Of a stretch of 64,000 bases of DNA, positions 9,880 to 21,056 are shown in pieces. Position 1 is the stretch's first letter, and every line of letters starts with the position of its first letter. Position numbers and translations under genes: made by a program. The notes under the pieces are model-generated. The model was not told the DNA's origin. It searched no databases and was given only the letters and a program-made list of their open reading frames with translations. Where the stretch lies: NCBI GenBank assembly GCA_902579465.1, contig CACHGV010000003.1, forward strand, positions 9,482-73,481, given 5' to 3'. The DNA comes from an uncultured Pelagibacteraceae bacterium (lineage in GTDB: Bacteria; Pseudomonadota; Alphaproteobacteria; Pelagibacterales; Pelagibacteraceae).

Positions 9880-10731
9880 ATGAATTTAAACAATAGTAAA
9901 TTTAAACCTGGGCTATATTGTGTTGCAACACCAATTGGAAATATGGGTGATATTTCATTTAGAGCTGTTAAAATCCTTCAAGACTCAGATTTAATCTTAT
10001 GCGAAGATACAAGGGTTACAAAAAAAATACTTCAAAAATTTGATATAAATAAAAAACTTATTTCAAATCATAAATTTAATGAAAATAAAAATTTAGAGAA
10101 TGTTATAGAAATACTTAAAAATAACAAAATAGTATCATTAGTCTCAGATGCTGGAACACCTGCTGTTTCAGATCCAGGTAGAATATTGGTTCAAGCGTGT
10201 GTTAAAAATAAAATTAATATTTTTCCCATTCCAGGCGCATCAGCGGTTAGTTCGGCAATATCAATAAGTGGATTTTCAGATAATTTCTATTTTTGTGGAT
10301 TTCTGCCGGAAAAACAAAATCAAGTAAAAAAATTATTTAAGAACATTTCATTGTTAGAAAGTTCAATTGTTTTTTTTATATCCCCAAATAAACTCATTAA
10401 AAGAATGGATGATGTAAAAGAATTTTTTTCAGACAGAGATATTCTAATTTGTAGAGAAATTTCAAAATATCATGAAGAATATATTAGAACTTCTGTACAA
10501 AAGTTATCAGATGTAAATTTTTCAAGAAAAGGTGAGATTACTATAGTTATTTCTGAAATAAGAAAAGAAAAATTAAGTTTTAAAGAACTTGAAGAATCAG
10601 ATAAAAAAAAAATTAATAAATTAATTAAAAAAATGTCTATAAAAGATATTGTAAAAAAAATTTCAGAAGATAGAAAAATTTCTAAAAAACTAATTTACAA
10701 ATATTGTCTCGAAATTAAGAATGAAAATTAG
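9880..10731 (+). CDS. rsmI: 16S rRNA C1402 2'-O-methyltransferase
   Basis: 'VATPIGNMGDI', 'CEDTR', 'SDAGTPAVSDPG'. Confidence 0.97.
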   Translation: MNLNNSKFKPGLYCVATPIGNMGDISFRAVKILQDSDLILCEDTRVTKKILQKFDINKKLISNHKFNENKNLENVIEILKNNKIVSLVSDAGTPAVSDPGRILVQACVKNKINIFPIPGASAVSSAISISGFSDNFYFCGFLPEKQNQVKKLFKNISLLESSIVFFISPNKLIKRMDDVKEFFSDRDILICREISKYHEEYIRTSVQKLSDVNFSRKGEITIVISEIRKEKLSFKELEESDKKKINKLIKKMSIKDIVKKISEDRKISKKLIYKYCLEIKNEN

Positions 10732-11314
10732 AAAAATTATAATACTATTTAGTTTTGTTCTACTCTCTAGCTGTGTTGGTTACTCATCCACAGGTGTATT
10801 AGGTACTGGAGTTTCAATTGCTTTAGATCCAAGGAGCCTTGGAACTCAAATTGATGACTCTTTAATGCAACAAAATTTAAGAGCAAAATTATTATCAACA
10901 GATAAAAGTTACATTATTTCCGTAAAAACAAAAATCCTTGATGGAAGGATATTTCTTACAGGAAAAGTAAATTCAGTTGAAGATAAACTAAAAATTACAA
11001 AGTTGGCTTGGGAAATTAAAGGCGCTAGATCTGTCAAGAACGATTTGCAAATTAAAGAAAAATTTAACTTTAAAAGATCAGCAAAAGATTTACTAATAAC
11101 TTCTCAATTAAGAACAGCGTTAATTGCAAGCAAAGAGATTAAAGCGGTCAATTATAATATCGATACTTATAAAAAGAAAATTTATGTTTATGGTATAGCA
11201 CAAAATAAAACTGAGAGAGATGAGGTTATAAAAGAAGCCAAACAAATTTTAGATGTTGAGGATGTAGTTACTAGTATTTTCTTAGTTGATGATTTGAGAG
11301 TTGTCAAAAAATAA
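10721..11314 (+). CDS. BON-domain lipoprotein (DolP/YraP-like)
   Basis: Lipobox LSSC, 'DPRSLGTQIDD', two BON-like repeats. Confidence 0.85.
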   Translation: MKIRKIIILFSFVLLSSCVGYSSTGVLGTGVSIALDPRSLGTQIDDSLMQQNLRAKLLSTDKSYIISVKTKILDGRIFLTGKVNSVEDKLKITKLAWEIKGARSVKNDLQIKEKFNFKRSAKDLLITSQLRTALIASKEIKAVNYNIDTYKKKIYVYGIAQNKTERDEVIKEAKQILDVEDVVTSIFLVDDLRVVKK

Positions 11315-11322
11315 TAAATATT

Positions 11323-13611
11323 TTATTTTGTTTTTTTATAATTAATTACCCCAGCTGAATAAGCAGCGACAGATGCTAAGTCTAATATTTCAGAGGTAGA
11401 AGATCGCAAAGGTGCAATTTCTATCGGTTGTGCAAGACCTATTAATAATGGACCAATAATCTTTGCACCTCCTAAAGTTTTCATGATCTTGTTAGAAATT
11501 GCTGCACTATGTTGACCAGGCATAATTAAAATGTTTGCCTTCCCTACTATTTCTGAAAAAGGATACAAATCAGAATATTCCTCACCTAGAGCAACATCTG
11601 GTTGCATGTCACCATCAAATTTAAAATCTACTTTTTTTTGTTTTAATATTTCCACAGCGTCTCTAATATGTTTTGTTCTGCTTGTGATAGGCTGGCCGAA
11701 TGTTGAATGAGATAAAAAAGCAACTTTTGGATCAAATCCAAATAATCTCACAACTCTTGCAGATGAAATCGCTATTTCAGCCAATTCCTCAGATGTTGGA
11801 TATTCATTTACTGATGTGTCCCCAATAAATACAGTTTTTCCTTTACTCACTACCATATTTAATCCAAACATAATTTCACCTAACCTTGCAGGAATTACTT
11901 TCTTAATTTTATCTAAGGATTGAGAATATCTTCTGGTGTTACCTGTCACCATCGCATCTGCATCACCACATTCAACCATGCACGATGCCCAAATAACTCT
12001 GTCAGTTCTAATCATTCTATCACAATCTCTCTCAAGCAAACCGTGATCTCTGTGCATTTTTTTAAATAGCATTCTTACATATTTGTCTCGTAAATTTTTA
12101 TTAGTAGAATTAACAATCTTAATATCTAAATTTTCTCCATATCCAATTTCTTTTAATCTTTCTTTAACGATATTTTCTTTTGCAACGATTATAGGAGTTC
12201 CTAGTCCACTATTTTTAAATGCAATTGCAGCTTTTAAAGTATTTTCATCTTCACCATCTGCAAACACAACAGTTTTTTGATTTTTCTTAATTTTAGAATT
12301 TATCCCTTGTAGAATAGTTACTGATGGATCCAATCTTTGTTTTAATTGTTCAGAATACAAACTAAAATTTTCAATTTTTCTTCTGGCTACACCACTTTTA
12401 ATGGCAGCCTTTGCCACAGCTACTGGAATTACACTTATTAATCTTGGATCAAATGTAGATGGGATTATATAATCTTTTCCATATTTTGGTCTATCCCCAC
12501 CCATAGCTGCAGCAACTTCATCAGGAACTCTCTCTCTAGCCAATTTAGCAATAGCATTAGCAGCAGAAATTTTCATTTCTTCATTAATAGTTTTAGCTCT
12601 CACATCAAGAGCACCTCTAAATATATATGGAAAACCAATTAAATTATTTACCTGATTTGCATAATCTGATCTTCCTGTAGCTATAATTGCATCTTTCCTT
12701 ATTTTATATGCTTCTTCAGGCAAAATCTCGGGATCAGGATTAGCACATGCAAATATAATTGGATTTCTTGCCATTTTTTTGATCATTTCTTTTTTCAGAA
12801 TTCCAGCTGAAGATAAACCTAAAAAAACATCTGCGTTTTTTAATGCATCATTTAAATTTTTATCGTTTGTTTTTTTTGCATACTTCAGTTTCCATTTATT
12901 TAATCCTTTTCTATTTAAATTAATAACACCTTGACTATCAATCATTGTAAGATTTTGCTTTTTCACTCCTAATTTTAAAAATAAATCAGAGCAGGCCATA
13001 GCAGATGCTCCTGCACCGTTTACTACAACTTTAATTTTTGAAATTTTTTTTTTAGTGATATGTATTGAATTAATAAGTGCCGCTGAAGTAATAATTGCTG
13101 TCCCATGTTGATCGTCATGAAATACTGGTATATCAAGTAATTTTTTCAGATTTTCCTCAATTATAAAACATTCTGGAGCTGCAATATCTTCAAGATTAAT
13201 GCCTCCAAAACTGACTGCAAAGTTTTTTATGCTATTGACTATTTCTTCCGGATCTTTGCTATCAATCTCTAAATCAATAGCATCTATGTCAGCAAATCTT
13301 TTAAATAAAACTGCTTTACCCTCCATAACAGGTTTAGAAGCAATTGCTCCCAAATTTCCTAATCCTAAAATTGCAGACCCATTACTTATGACTGCAACAA
13401 GATTTCCTTTAGTTGTATATTCATATGCTAGCTCTGGATTTTTAAAAATCTCTTTAACTGGTGCTGCTACACCAGGAGAGTATGCTAAAGCCAGATCCCT
13501 TTTTGACGTCATTGGCTTTGATGAATTTATCTCAATCTTACCTGATTTGTTTGCATTATGAAATTCGAGAGCCTCTTTATCAGAATAATGTTCAATTTTG
13601 TTTTTTTTCAT
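11323..13611 (-). CDS. maeB: NADP-dependent malic enzyme with PTA domain
   Basis: 'LAYSPGVA', 'SKPVMEGK', 'FHDDQHGTA', C-terminal phosphotransacetylase-like domain. Confidence 0.97.
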   Translation of the reverse strand: MKKNKIEHYSDKEALEFHNANKSGKIEINSSKPMTSKRDLALAYSPGVAAPVKEIFKNPELAYEYTTKGNLVAVISNGSAILGLGNLGAIASKPVMEGKAVLFKRFADIDAIDLEIDSKDPEEIVNSIKNFAVSFGGINLEDIAAPECFIIEENLKKLLDIPVFHDDQHGTAIITSAALINSIHITKKKISKIKVVVNGAGASAMACSDLFLKLGVKKQNLTMIDSQGVINLNRKGLNKWKLKYAKKTNDKNLNDALKNADVFLGLSSAGILKKEMIKKMARNPIIFACANPDPEILPEEAYKIRKDAIIATGRSDYANQVNNLIGFPYIFRGALDVRAKTINEEMKISAANAIAKLARERVPDEVAAAMGGDRPKYGKDYIIPSTFDPRLISVIPVAVAKAAIKSGVARRKIENFSLYSEQLKQRLDPSVTILQGINSKIKKNQKTVVFADGEDENTLKAAIAFKNSGLGTPIIVAKENIVKERLKEIGYGENLDIKIVNSTNKNLRDKYVRMLFKKMHRDHGLLERDCDRMIRTDRVIWASCMVECGDADAMVTGNTRRYSQSLDKIKKVIPARLGEIMFGLNMVVSKGKTVFIGDTSVNEYPTSEELAEIAISSARVVRLFGFDPKVAFLSHSTFGQPITSRTKHIRDAVEILKQKKVDFKFDGDMQPDVALGEEYSDLYPFSEIVGKANILIMPGQHSAAISNKIMKTLGGAKIIGPLLIGLAQPIEIAPLRSSTSEILDLASVAAYSAGVINYKKTK

Positions 13612-13660
13612 TAGGTAATTTTAATATACTATTAAGGTAAATTTAGGACTAATATGATTT

Positions 13661-15190
13661 ATGAACCTCATTAAGTCAACAAGCACGTTTAGTTTATTTG
13701 TTTTATTAAGTAGAGTTCTTGGTTACATAAGAGATTTTTTTATAGCAATATACCTTGGATCAGGCCCTTTAGCAGACGCCTTCTTCGTAGCATTCAGAAT
13801 TCCAAATACCTTTAGAAGATTATTTTCAGAAGGAACCTTTAATGCAGCTTTTGTCCCTTCTTATTCTTCAGAACTTATTAAAGGAAACAAAAATGCAAAC
13901 TCATTTGCAAATACAATTTTTAATTTATTATTATTAGGACTGTTTTTCACAATATTAATAATTGAAATATTTATGCCAGTATTTATTAAATTTATTGCAC
14001 CTGGATTTATAAACGACTCTGAAAAATTAAATATTGCCATTGACTTAACGAGAATTACTTTCCCATTTTTATTTTTTATTAGCTTAGCATCTTTTTTTTC
14101 AGCAATTTTAAATTCACATAATAAATTTGCAGCTGCTGCTGCAGCACCAATAATTTTAAATACATTGTTAATAATTTGTTTATTATATGCTGAAAATTTA
14201 AATGATAATTTAGTTTATTATTTATCCTACACTGTTACTCTTGCAGGAATTCTTCAATTTATTTTTTTATTAATATTTGTTAAAAAATACTTTGTAATAA
14301 AAATAAATTTTAATTTTAAGATAAACGAGAAAGTTAAAAACTTTTTTAGTAAACTTTTACCAAGCATATTTTCATCAGGCGTTACACAAATAAATATCTT
14401 AGTTGGAACAATTATTGCATCATTTCAGGCAAGTGCTGTTTCCTATTTATATTATGCAGACAGAATTTATCAGATAAATTTAGCAATAGCAGGTATTGCG
14501 ATCGGCACTGTAATACTTCCAAATCTAAGCCGTCATATAAAAAGTAATAACTCTATAAAAACGATAGAACTACAAAATAAAGCTTTAGAGCTTAGTTTAT
14601 TTCTAAGTTTACCTGCATCATTTGCTTTAATGTTTGGTTCAGAACAAATAACGTCTGCTTTATTTGGTTATGGTTCTTTTGATCAGATAAGTGTAAGCAA
14701 TTCTGCAAAAGCTTTGTTCTATTTTTCTTTTGGACTTCCAGCATTTTCTTTAATTAAAATATTTTCAACGTTTTTATTTGCAAGAAATGATACTAACACA
14801 CCATTTAAATATTCTTTAATTTCTGTAATTTTAAATATTGCAATTAGCTTGGCGTTCTTTTCAAAGGTGGGTTTTATTATAATACCAATCGCTACAACAA
14901 TCTCCTCATGGTTTAATGGTATTATTCTACTAGTCTTTGTAATTAACAAAAATTATTTTAAATTTAATTCAAATTTTATTGGTCAAATATTTAAAATTAT
15001 TATCTCAAATATAATTGCAATTTCTATATTTTATTTTTTAATTAATTATTTAGAGAGCTTTTTAAATTATGCAAATAATTATAAATTTATTTTTGTTGTT
15101 TTGATTGTTTTTTTAACTTTCATTTCATACATTGGAGTTTCAATTATTATAAAAGCCTTTAAAATTTCAGATATTAATTTAAAGTATTGA
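13661..15190 (+). CDS. murJ: Lipid II flippase MurJ
   Basis: 'SRVLGYIRD', 'AFRIPNTFRRLFSEG', multiple TM helices. Confidence 0.97.
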   Translation: MNLIKSTSTFSLFVLLSRVLGYIRDFFIAIYLGSGPLADAFFVAFRIPNTFRRLFSEGTFNAAFVPSYSSELIKGNKNANSFANTIFNLLLLGLFFTILIIEIFMPVFIKFIAPGFINDSEKLNIAIDLTRITFPFLFFISLASFFSAILNSHNKFAAAAAAPIILNTLLIICLLYAENLNDNLVYYLSYTVTLAGILQFIFLLIFVKKYFVIKINFNFKINEKVKNFFSKLLPSIFSSGVTQINILVGTIIASFQASAVSYLYYADRIYQINLAIAGIAIGTVILPNLSRHIKSNNSIKTIELQNKALELSLFLSLPASFALMFGSEQITSALFGYGSFDQISVSNSAKALFYFSFGLPAFSLIKIFSTFLFARNDTNTPFKYSLISVILNIAISLAFFSKVGFIIIPIATTISSWFNGIILLVFVINKNYFKFNSNFIGQIFKIIISNIIAISIFYFLINYLESFLNYANNYKFIFVVLIVFLTFISYIGVSIIIKAFKISDINLKY

Positions 15191-15193
15191 ATA

Positions 15194-16195
15194 ATGCCCA
15201 AAAAAATATTTTCAGGTGTTCAGCCCACAGGTAATCTTCATTTAGGTAACTATCTTGGAGCTATCAAAAATTTTGTTGATTTAAATAATGATGACCAAAA
15301 TGAATGTATTTTTTGTGTAGTAGATTTACATGCTATAACTATTAAGCAAGATAAAGATGAATTAAAGAATAATATTCGAGAAACAGCTGCAACATTTATA
15401 GCAAGTGGTATCGATCCAAGTAAAAGTATTATTTTTAATCAATCAAAAGTTCATGCACATGCAGAAGGTTCTTGGATGTTAAGTTGTATGGCTCCAATGG
15501 GCTGGTTAAATAGAATGACACAATTTAAAGAAAAGGCTGGTAAAGATAAGGAAAAGGCTTCTGTTGGTCTATATATTTATCCTATATTAATGGCTAGCGA
15601 TATATTGCTTTATGATGCTACACATGTACCTGTTGGAGAAGACCAGAAACAACACTTAGAATTAACTAGAGATATTGCTCAAAAATTTAATAAAGATTTT
15701 GACTGTGGCGATTTTTTAAAAGCTCCAGAACCATTAATAAAAAAAAATTTCTCAAGAATAATGAGTTTAAAAGATGGATTAAAAAAAATGAGTAAATCAG
15801 ATCCATCAGATCTAAGTAGAATTAATCTAACAGATAATAAAGATGAAATTGTCAATAAAATAAAAAAAGCTAAAACCGACTCTTTCCCAATCCCTAATGA
15901 AGAGCAAAAATTAAAAGATAGACCTGAAGCAGAGAATCTTCTTGGTATCTATTCAAGCACCTTAGATCAAACTTTGGATAAAACCTTAGAAGAATTTGGG
16001 GATAAAAACTTTTCAGATTTTAAAAGTCAATTAGCTGAAGTGCTATCAAGTAAAATTTCCCCAATTTCTGATGAAATAAAAAAATTAATTAATGATTGTG
16101 AATATTTAGACAAAATTCTTGCAGAGGGAGCTAGTAAAGCCGAGGAAATTGCTGGAAAAAAGATAGTAGAAATGAAGAAAATAATAGGTTTTTAA
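15194..16195 (+). CDS. trpS: Tryptophanyl-tRNA synthetase
   Basis: HLGN and KMSKS motifs, '[10 protein letters not shown]'. Confidence 0.99.
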   Translation: MPKKIFSGVQPTGNLHLGNYLGAIKNFVDLNNDDQNECIFCVVDLHAITIKQDKDELKNNIRETAATFIASGIDPSKSIIFNQSKVHAHAEGSWMLSCMAPMGWLNRMTQFKEKAGKDKEKASVGLYIYPILMASDILLYDATHVPVGEDQKQHLELTRDIAQKFNKDFDCGDFLKAPEPLIKKNFSRIMSLKDGLKKMSKSDPSDLSRINLTDNKDEIVNKIKKAKTDSFPIPNEEQKLKDRPEAENLLGIYSSTLDQTLDKTLEEFGDKNFSDFKSQLAEVLSSKISPISDEIKKLINDCEYLDKILAEGASKAEEIAGKKIVEMKKIIGF

Positions 16196-16235
16196 AAATT
16201 CTTTAAATTTAAAAATATATGATTATATAAACTTT

Positions 16236-16778
16236 ATGTTTATTCAAACTCAAGAAACACCAAATCCAAATTCTCTTAAGTTTCTTCCAGGAAAAAAGGT
16301 ATCAAATGACGGACCTTATGAGTTTTTATATGAGAACCAAACAGAAATTCCCCTATTAAAAAATATTTTATCAATAAACGGTGTTACAGGAATATTTTTG
16401 AGTGATGATTTTTTATCAATAAATAAAACTCAAGACGAAAAATGGGAAAATATAAAACATATAGTTATTTCATATTTGAATGAATTCTACGATAAAGGTA
16501 ATGAATTTATTATAAACAAAAAGTCAGAATCACATGATAATAATGACTATGGTGAAATTGAAAATAAAATTATTAAAATATTAGAAACTAAAATTAGGCC
16601 AGCCGTTGCAAGAGATGGAGGAGACATAACTTTCAAAGAATTTAAAGATGGAAAAGTAACAGTTATGTTAAAAGGTAGCTGCTCAGGGTGTCCATCTTCA
16701 ACTTTAACTTTAAAACAGGGAGTTCAAAACCTTCTTTGTCATTATATTCCAGAAGTTAAAGAAGTTTTAGCTGTATAA
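16236..16778 (+). CDS. NifU/Nfu-type Fe-S carrier
   Basis: 'TPNPNSLKF' N-domain, 'RPAVARDGGD', CSGC. Confidence 0.93.
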   Translation: MFIQTQETPNPNSLKFLPGKKVSNDGPYEFLYENQTEIPLLKNILSINGVTGIFLSDDFLSINKTQDEKWENIKHIVISYLNEFYDKGNEFIINKKSESHDNNDYGEIENKIIKILETKIRPAVARDGGDITFKEFKDGKVTVMLKGSCSGCPSSTLTLKQGVQNLLCHYIPEVKEVLAV

Positions 16779-16814
16779 TATCTTTACTATCAATTATAAG
16801 AAATCAAGATATAA

Positions 16815-17894
16815 ATGAAAAAAAATTTAAAAGTAGAAAAAGTTAATACTAATCTAAACTTCTTTAAAACTTTTCTAACAAGTTTAGTTTTAATCTTTGT
16901 GTTTTCAATTTTACCAAACTCAGTTAGTTTTATAACTAATAACTTTAAATCAAATGAAATTGTTATTAATTCCTCAAAACAGAATTTTGAAGAAATATTA
17001 GATAAGCAGAATAATAAAAATAAAATAATTGAAGATACTTTAAAGGATAGATTTTCATGGAATATTTTTGAAGATATTGATGTTTTTGGAAAAGACGAGG
17101 ATGATGAAGACCCTACAAGGTTAAGTGCTTTAACCATTGAAGAATTATTTAAAGAAAATGGATATAATCTTGATACTGTAAAAGAAACAAAATTGGTTAA
17201 TACAGGCAACCAATTAACAAAACTACCCAAAGAACTTAAAAATATTGAAAGTCCCAAAAAAAGAAAAAAACTATTTATTAAAATTGTATTGCCATTAATT
17301 ATTGAGGAAAATCTCAAAATAAGATTTGATCGAAAAAAACTTTTTCAAATTATAAATAAAAATAATACTTCATCACGTGACAAAGCATGGCTTGAACTTA
17401 AATTTAAACAGTATGGTGTAAAAAATAATGATTTAGCAAAACTTAAAATAAGGATGGATGAAATTCCGGTTTCACTGGCGATAGCACAAGCAGCTAAAGA
17501 AACTGGCTGGGGAAGTTCAAGATTTGCTCAAGAAGGCAATGCATTATTTGGACAATGGACTTGGTCTGGTGAGGGTATAAAGCCTTTAGAAGTTGAAAAA
17601 AATAAAAAACATAAAGTTGCAAAGTTTAAAATTTTGAAAGCCTCAGTACGAGCCTATCAAAGAAATTTAAATACACATTCTAGTTATAAAGAATTTAGAA
17701 TTGAACGAGCAATTCAAAGAGATAATGATGAAAGACTGGATAGTTTAAAACTAGTAAATTTTTTAGAAAAATATGCAGAAACAGGGAAAGAGTATACAGA
17801 AGTTCTTAAAAAAATCATTAATCAGAATTCTTTAACTGATTTTGATGATGTAAATATTTTACCAACAAGTTTAAAAATGAAAAATTTAATTTAG
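16815..17894 (+). CDS. Bax-like glucosaminidase (GH73-like) membrane-anchored protein
   Basis: N-terminal TM; 'AQAAKETGWGSSRFAQEGNALFGQW', 'NLNTH'. Confidence 0.85.
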   Translation: MKKNLKVEKVNTNLNFFKTFLTSLVLIFVFSILPNSVSFITNNFKSNEIVINSSKQNFEEILDKQNNKNKIIEDTLKDRFSWNIFEDIDVFGKDEDDEDPTRLSALTIEELFKENGYNLDTVKETKLVNTGNQLTKLPKELKNIESPKKRKKLFIKIVLPLIIEENLKIRFDRKKLFQIINKNNTSSRDKAWLELKFKQYGVKNNDLAKLKIRMDEIPVSLAIAQAAKETGWGSSRFAQEGNALFGQWTWSGEGIKPLEVEKNKKHKVAKFKILKASVRAYQRNLNTHSSYKEFRIERAIQRDNDERLDSLKLVNFLEKYAETGKEYTEVLKKIINQNSLTDFDDVNILPTSLKMKNLI

Positions 17895-18938
17895 TGTAAA
17901 CTGAGTTCCAAACCAACGCCATCCATCTTTATCTTGCATGGAACAATTAATTCTACCTCTTCTTGGTAAAAACTTTTCACTAAAAATAACTTTAATTCTA
18001 TTCTTTTCATAGATTAGTTTAGAGGCTTTCCACTCCCCACCTTCATTAGAAAAGCAATTTATCTTATTAATATAAAGTTGATTATTAAAAAATTCTATTA
18101 TTAGATCTGGTGGATTATTACTTTTTAATAAAAATTTTTCTTCAGGTATTATATTTTTATATTGAATCGGTAAAAGATTAATTAAAAATTTAAATCTTTC
18201 TAAATCTCCATATTTCTCATTTATTGGAAATCTTGGTAACTCATATTTATCTTTATTTAAATCAATAACTCCTGAATGCTGACCAAAAGCATAGTCAAAG
18301 TTTTCAGTGATATATTTTTTTTGTTTTAAACTGTATTCTCCAAATGGATATGAAAAAAACTTAGAATTATATCCAAGATTTTCCTTAAATATATTTATTG
18401 ATTTAATAATATCTTCCCTAAATTTCTTAAATTCATATTTTACCAAGTATTCATGTGAGTGAGAGTGATTTCCAATAAAAACAAAGTCTTCTTTGGAAAT
18501 CTCTATAATCTCATTCCAATTCATATAACCATTCTTACCCACAGACTCTGTTGAAACAAATAAAATAAATGGAATTTTGTCTCTTTTAAGAATTGGCCAT
18601 GCATTCAAATAAAAAGAGGAAAATGCATCATCGATTGTAAGTAATATTTTTTTCTCTCTACTTACATTATTAAATTCTAATTCAAAGTTTTTTGGATTTA
18701 AAAAAGAAAAGTTATTTTCCTTAATAATATCCAAATGTTTTTGAAATATATTAATTTTTATATTAGTTGAGGGATATTTATTTTCTTCAAATCTATGGTA
18801 CATCAGTGCCAATATTCCCTTTTCATAAGGTTCATATTTTTTGTTTACAGTATCTGCATAAGCATTTAAAAAAAAAAGATAAAAAATGATAAATTTAATA
18901 ATTGATGCTGCTAATGAAAAAATTGTTTTTGTGATCAT
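17886..18938 (-). CDS. Exported polysaccharide deacetylase (CE4/NodB)
   Basis: 'LMYHRF', 'TIDDA', 'NHSHSH', 'SYPFG'. Likely start ATG 18938 gives a signal peptide ending AYA-D; the longer ORF-track start is an antisense extension over tsaB. Confidence 0.85.
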   Translation of the reverse strand: MITKTIFSLAASIIKFIIFYLFFLNAYADTVNKKYEPYEKGILALMYHRFEENKYPSTNIKINIFQKHLDIIKENNFSFLNPKNFELEFNNVSREKKILLTIDDAFSSFYLNAWPILKRDKIPFILFVSTESVGKNGYMNWNEIIEISKEDFVFIGNHSHSHEYLVKYEFKKFREDIIKSINIFKENLGYNSKFFSYPFGEYSLKQKKYITENFDYAFGQHSGVIDLNKDKYELPRFPINEKYGDLERFKFLINLLPIQYKNIIPEEKFLLKSNNPPDLIIEFFNNQLYINKINCFSNEGGEWKASKLIYEKNRIKVIFSEKFLPRRGRINCSMQDKDGWRWFGTQFTLN

Positions 18939-19251
18939 TGCTGGTAAACAATCATATACTAGCAGACATACAAACAGTAGAGAAAACTTTGACAATTTTA
19001 TGAAACTGCTTTTGAAATTTTTGAATATAAAAAAAATTAAAATAACTGATATTTGTAGAATTTTTGTCAATCTGGGACCTGGTAAATTTACAAGTCTAAG
19101 AATTTCCTTGTCAGTTGCTAAAGCCATGTCTTTAGCAAATAGTGCTGTTTTAATTGGTTTTAAATCACAGGATCTAACAAATAAAAATTACAAATATTTA
19201 ACAAAATTAAATAAAAATAAAAGTTTGATAAAACCTATATATTCGAGTTAG
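18886..19251 (+). CDS. tsaB: Short TsaB (YeaZ)-like t6A biosynthesis protein
   Basis: 'LIIDAA', 'VNLGPGKFTSLRI' (GPGSFTGxR-like); position upstream of fur-miaB; only 121 aa. Confidence 0.75.
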   Translation: MINLIIDAANEKIVFVIIAGKQSYTSRHTNSRENFDNFMKLLLKFLNIKKIKITDICRIFVNLGPGKFTSLRISLSVAKAMSLANSAVLIGFKSQDLTNKNYKYLTKLNKNKSLIKPIYSS

Positions 19252-19259
19252 AATAAATT

Positions 19260-19688
19260 ATGTCTGAAACCATAGAACAAATTTGCCAAAAGAAAGGTGT
19301 TAAACTTACTGATCAAAGAAAAATAATTGCTAAAGTTTTATCAGAATCCAAAGAAGTTTATGGTGAATCAGATCACCCAGATGTTGATGAACTATATCAA
19401 AGAGTCTCTAAGCTAGATTCTAAAATAAGCATTGCTACAGTTTATAGAACAGTAAAGCTTTTTGAGGAGTCAGGTATTCTTACTAAGCACGATTTTAAAG
19501 GTGGAAAAGCAAGATATGAAACACTAGTCGAAAGTCATCATGATCATCTTATCGACATTAAATCAGGAGAAATCATTGAGTTTGTAGATGAAGAAATAGA
19601 AAAACTACAAAAAAAAGTTGCAGAAAAATATGGATATAACTTAGTAGATCACAAGTTAGAGCTTTATGGAATCAAAAAAAAAAAATAA
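19260..19688 (+). CDS. fur: Fur/Mur-family metalloregulator
   Basis: 'DHPDVDELY', 'ISIATVYRT', 'HHDHLID'. Confidence 0.93.
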   Translation: MSETIEQICQKKGVKLTDQRKIIAKVLSESKEVYGESDHPDVDELYQRVSKLDSKISIATVYRTVKLFEESGILTKHDFKGGKARYETLVESHHDHLIDIKSGEIIEFVDEEIEKLQKKVAEKYGYNLVDHKLELYGIKKKK

Positions 19689-19720
19689 TAGGAATTTCAG
19701 AGTTTTTTTAAATATAAAAT

Positions 19721-21055
19721 ATGCTGAATAGAAAAATATTCATAAAAACTTTTGGTTGTCAAATGAATGAATATGATTCTAATAGAATCTATGATTCTGT
19801 TAGCAAGTTGGGTTTTGTAAAGACTACCAATCAATCAAATGCAGACTGCTATATTTTAAATACGTGTCACATACGTGATAAAGCTAAAGAAAAAGTTTAC
19901 CATGAAATTGGTAGAGTTAAAAAATTATACAGAGATAAAAAAAAACCAATAATGGTTGTAGCAGGCTGTGTTGCACAGGCTGAAAATGAAGAAATTATTA
20001 AGAGAGAACCATATATAGATATTATTTTAGGACCACAATCGTATCATAAAGTAAATGACTTATTAAAAAATCATATTGCAAGTTTAAAACAAGAAGAAAC
20101 AGAATTTGATACTATTTCTAAATTTGGTTATTTTGATAAAATTAAAAATAATAATGAAAAAATATCAGCCTTTTTAACTATTCAAGAAGGATGCGATAAA
20201 TTTTGCCATTTTTGTGTTGTGCCTTACACAAGAGGACCTGAGTACTCTAGACCATTTAATAAAATTATACTAGAGGCGGAACAACTAATAAAAAATGGTG
20301 CAAAAGAAATAACATTGCTAGGTCAAAATGTTAACGCTTATTCATATACAGAAAATTCTAAAGAATATAGAATCTCGCATTTAATAAAACATTTAGATCA
20401 ATTTTCAGAGTTGGAAAGAATAAGATATACCACCTCACATCCAAGGGATATGACAGATGATTTAATTGAATGCTATTCGTCAAGTCATAAATTAATGCCT
20501 TTTGTTCATTTACCTATTCAAAGTGGCTCTAATAAGATGTTAGAGTTAATGAATAGAAAACATACTGTAGACCATTATTTAAAAATTTATGAAAGACTAA
20601 AAAAAATAAATAAAGAAATAGAATTTTCGAGCGATTTTATCATTGGCTATCCTGGAGAAACCCAACAAGATTTTGAAGACACATTGAATCTAATAAAAAA
20701 AATAAAATTTATTAATTCTTTTTCCTTTATTTATAGTCCAAGACCAGGAACAAAAGCATCGACATTAGATATGCTAGACAAAAATTTAGCTCAAGAAAGA
20801 CTTACTCTAATTCAGGAAAAACTATTTAATAATCAAAAAGAAAAAAATAAATCATTGGAAAATAGTATAGTTGATGTGTTAGTTGAAAATAAAATGGAAA
20901 AACAAAATAAATTATTTGGAAGAAATAAATACATTTCACCTGTAATTTTTAATGGAAATGAAAGTAATATTGGTAAAGTTGTAAAAGTAAAAGTTCAAAA
21001 TAGTAACCAGAACACATTATTTGGTGTGCTAGATAAAAAAAAGAAAGCTGCTTGA
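19721..21055 (+). CDS. miaB: tRNA methylthiotransferase MiaB
   Basis: 'GCQMNEYDS', CDKFCHFC radical SAM motif, TRAM domain. Confidence 0.98.
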   Translation: MLNRKIFIKTFGCQMNEYDSNRIYDSVSKLGFVKTTNQSNADCYILNTCHIRDKAKEKVYHEIGRVKKLYRDKKKPIMVVAGCVAQAENEEIIKREPYIDIILGPQSYHKVNDLLKNHIASLKQEETEFDTISKFGYFDKIKNNNEKISAFLTIQEGCDKFCHFCVVPYTRGPEYSRPFNKIILEAEQLIKNGAKEITLLGQNVNAYSYTENSKEYRISHLIKHLDQFSELERIRYTTSHPRDMTDDLIECYSSSHKLMPFVHLPIQSGSNKMLELMNRKHTVDHYLKIYERLKKINKEIEFSSDFIIGYPGETQQDFEDTLNLIKKIKFINSFSFIYSPRPGTKASTLDMLDKNLAQERLTLIQEKLFNNQKEKNKSLENSIVDVLVENKMEKQNKLFGRNKYISPVIFNGNESNIGKVVKVKVQNSNQNTLFGVLDKKKKAA

Positions 21056-21056
21056 A

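Noticed and set aside
18939-19127. Extended N-terminus of the 413-aa deacetylase ORF
   Set aside because: Antisense shadow of tsaB; the signal peptide begins at ATG 18938.
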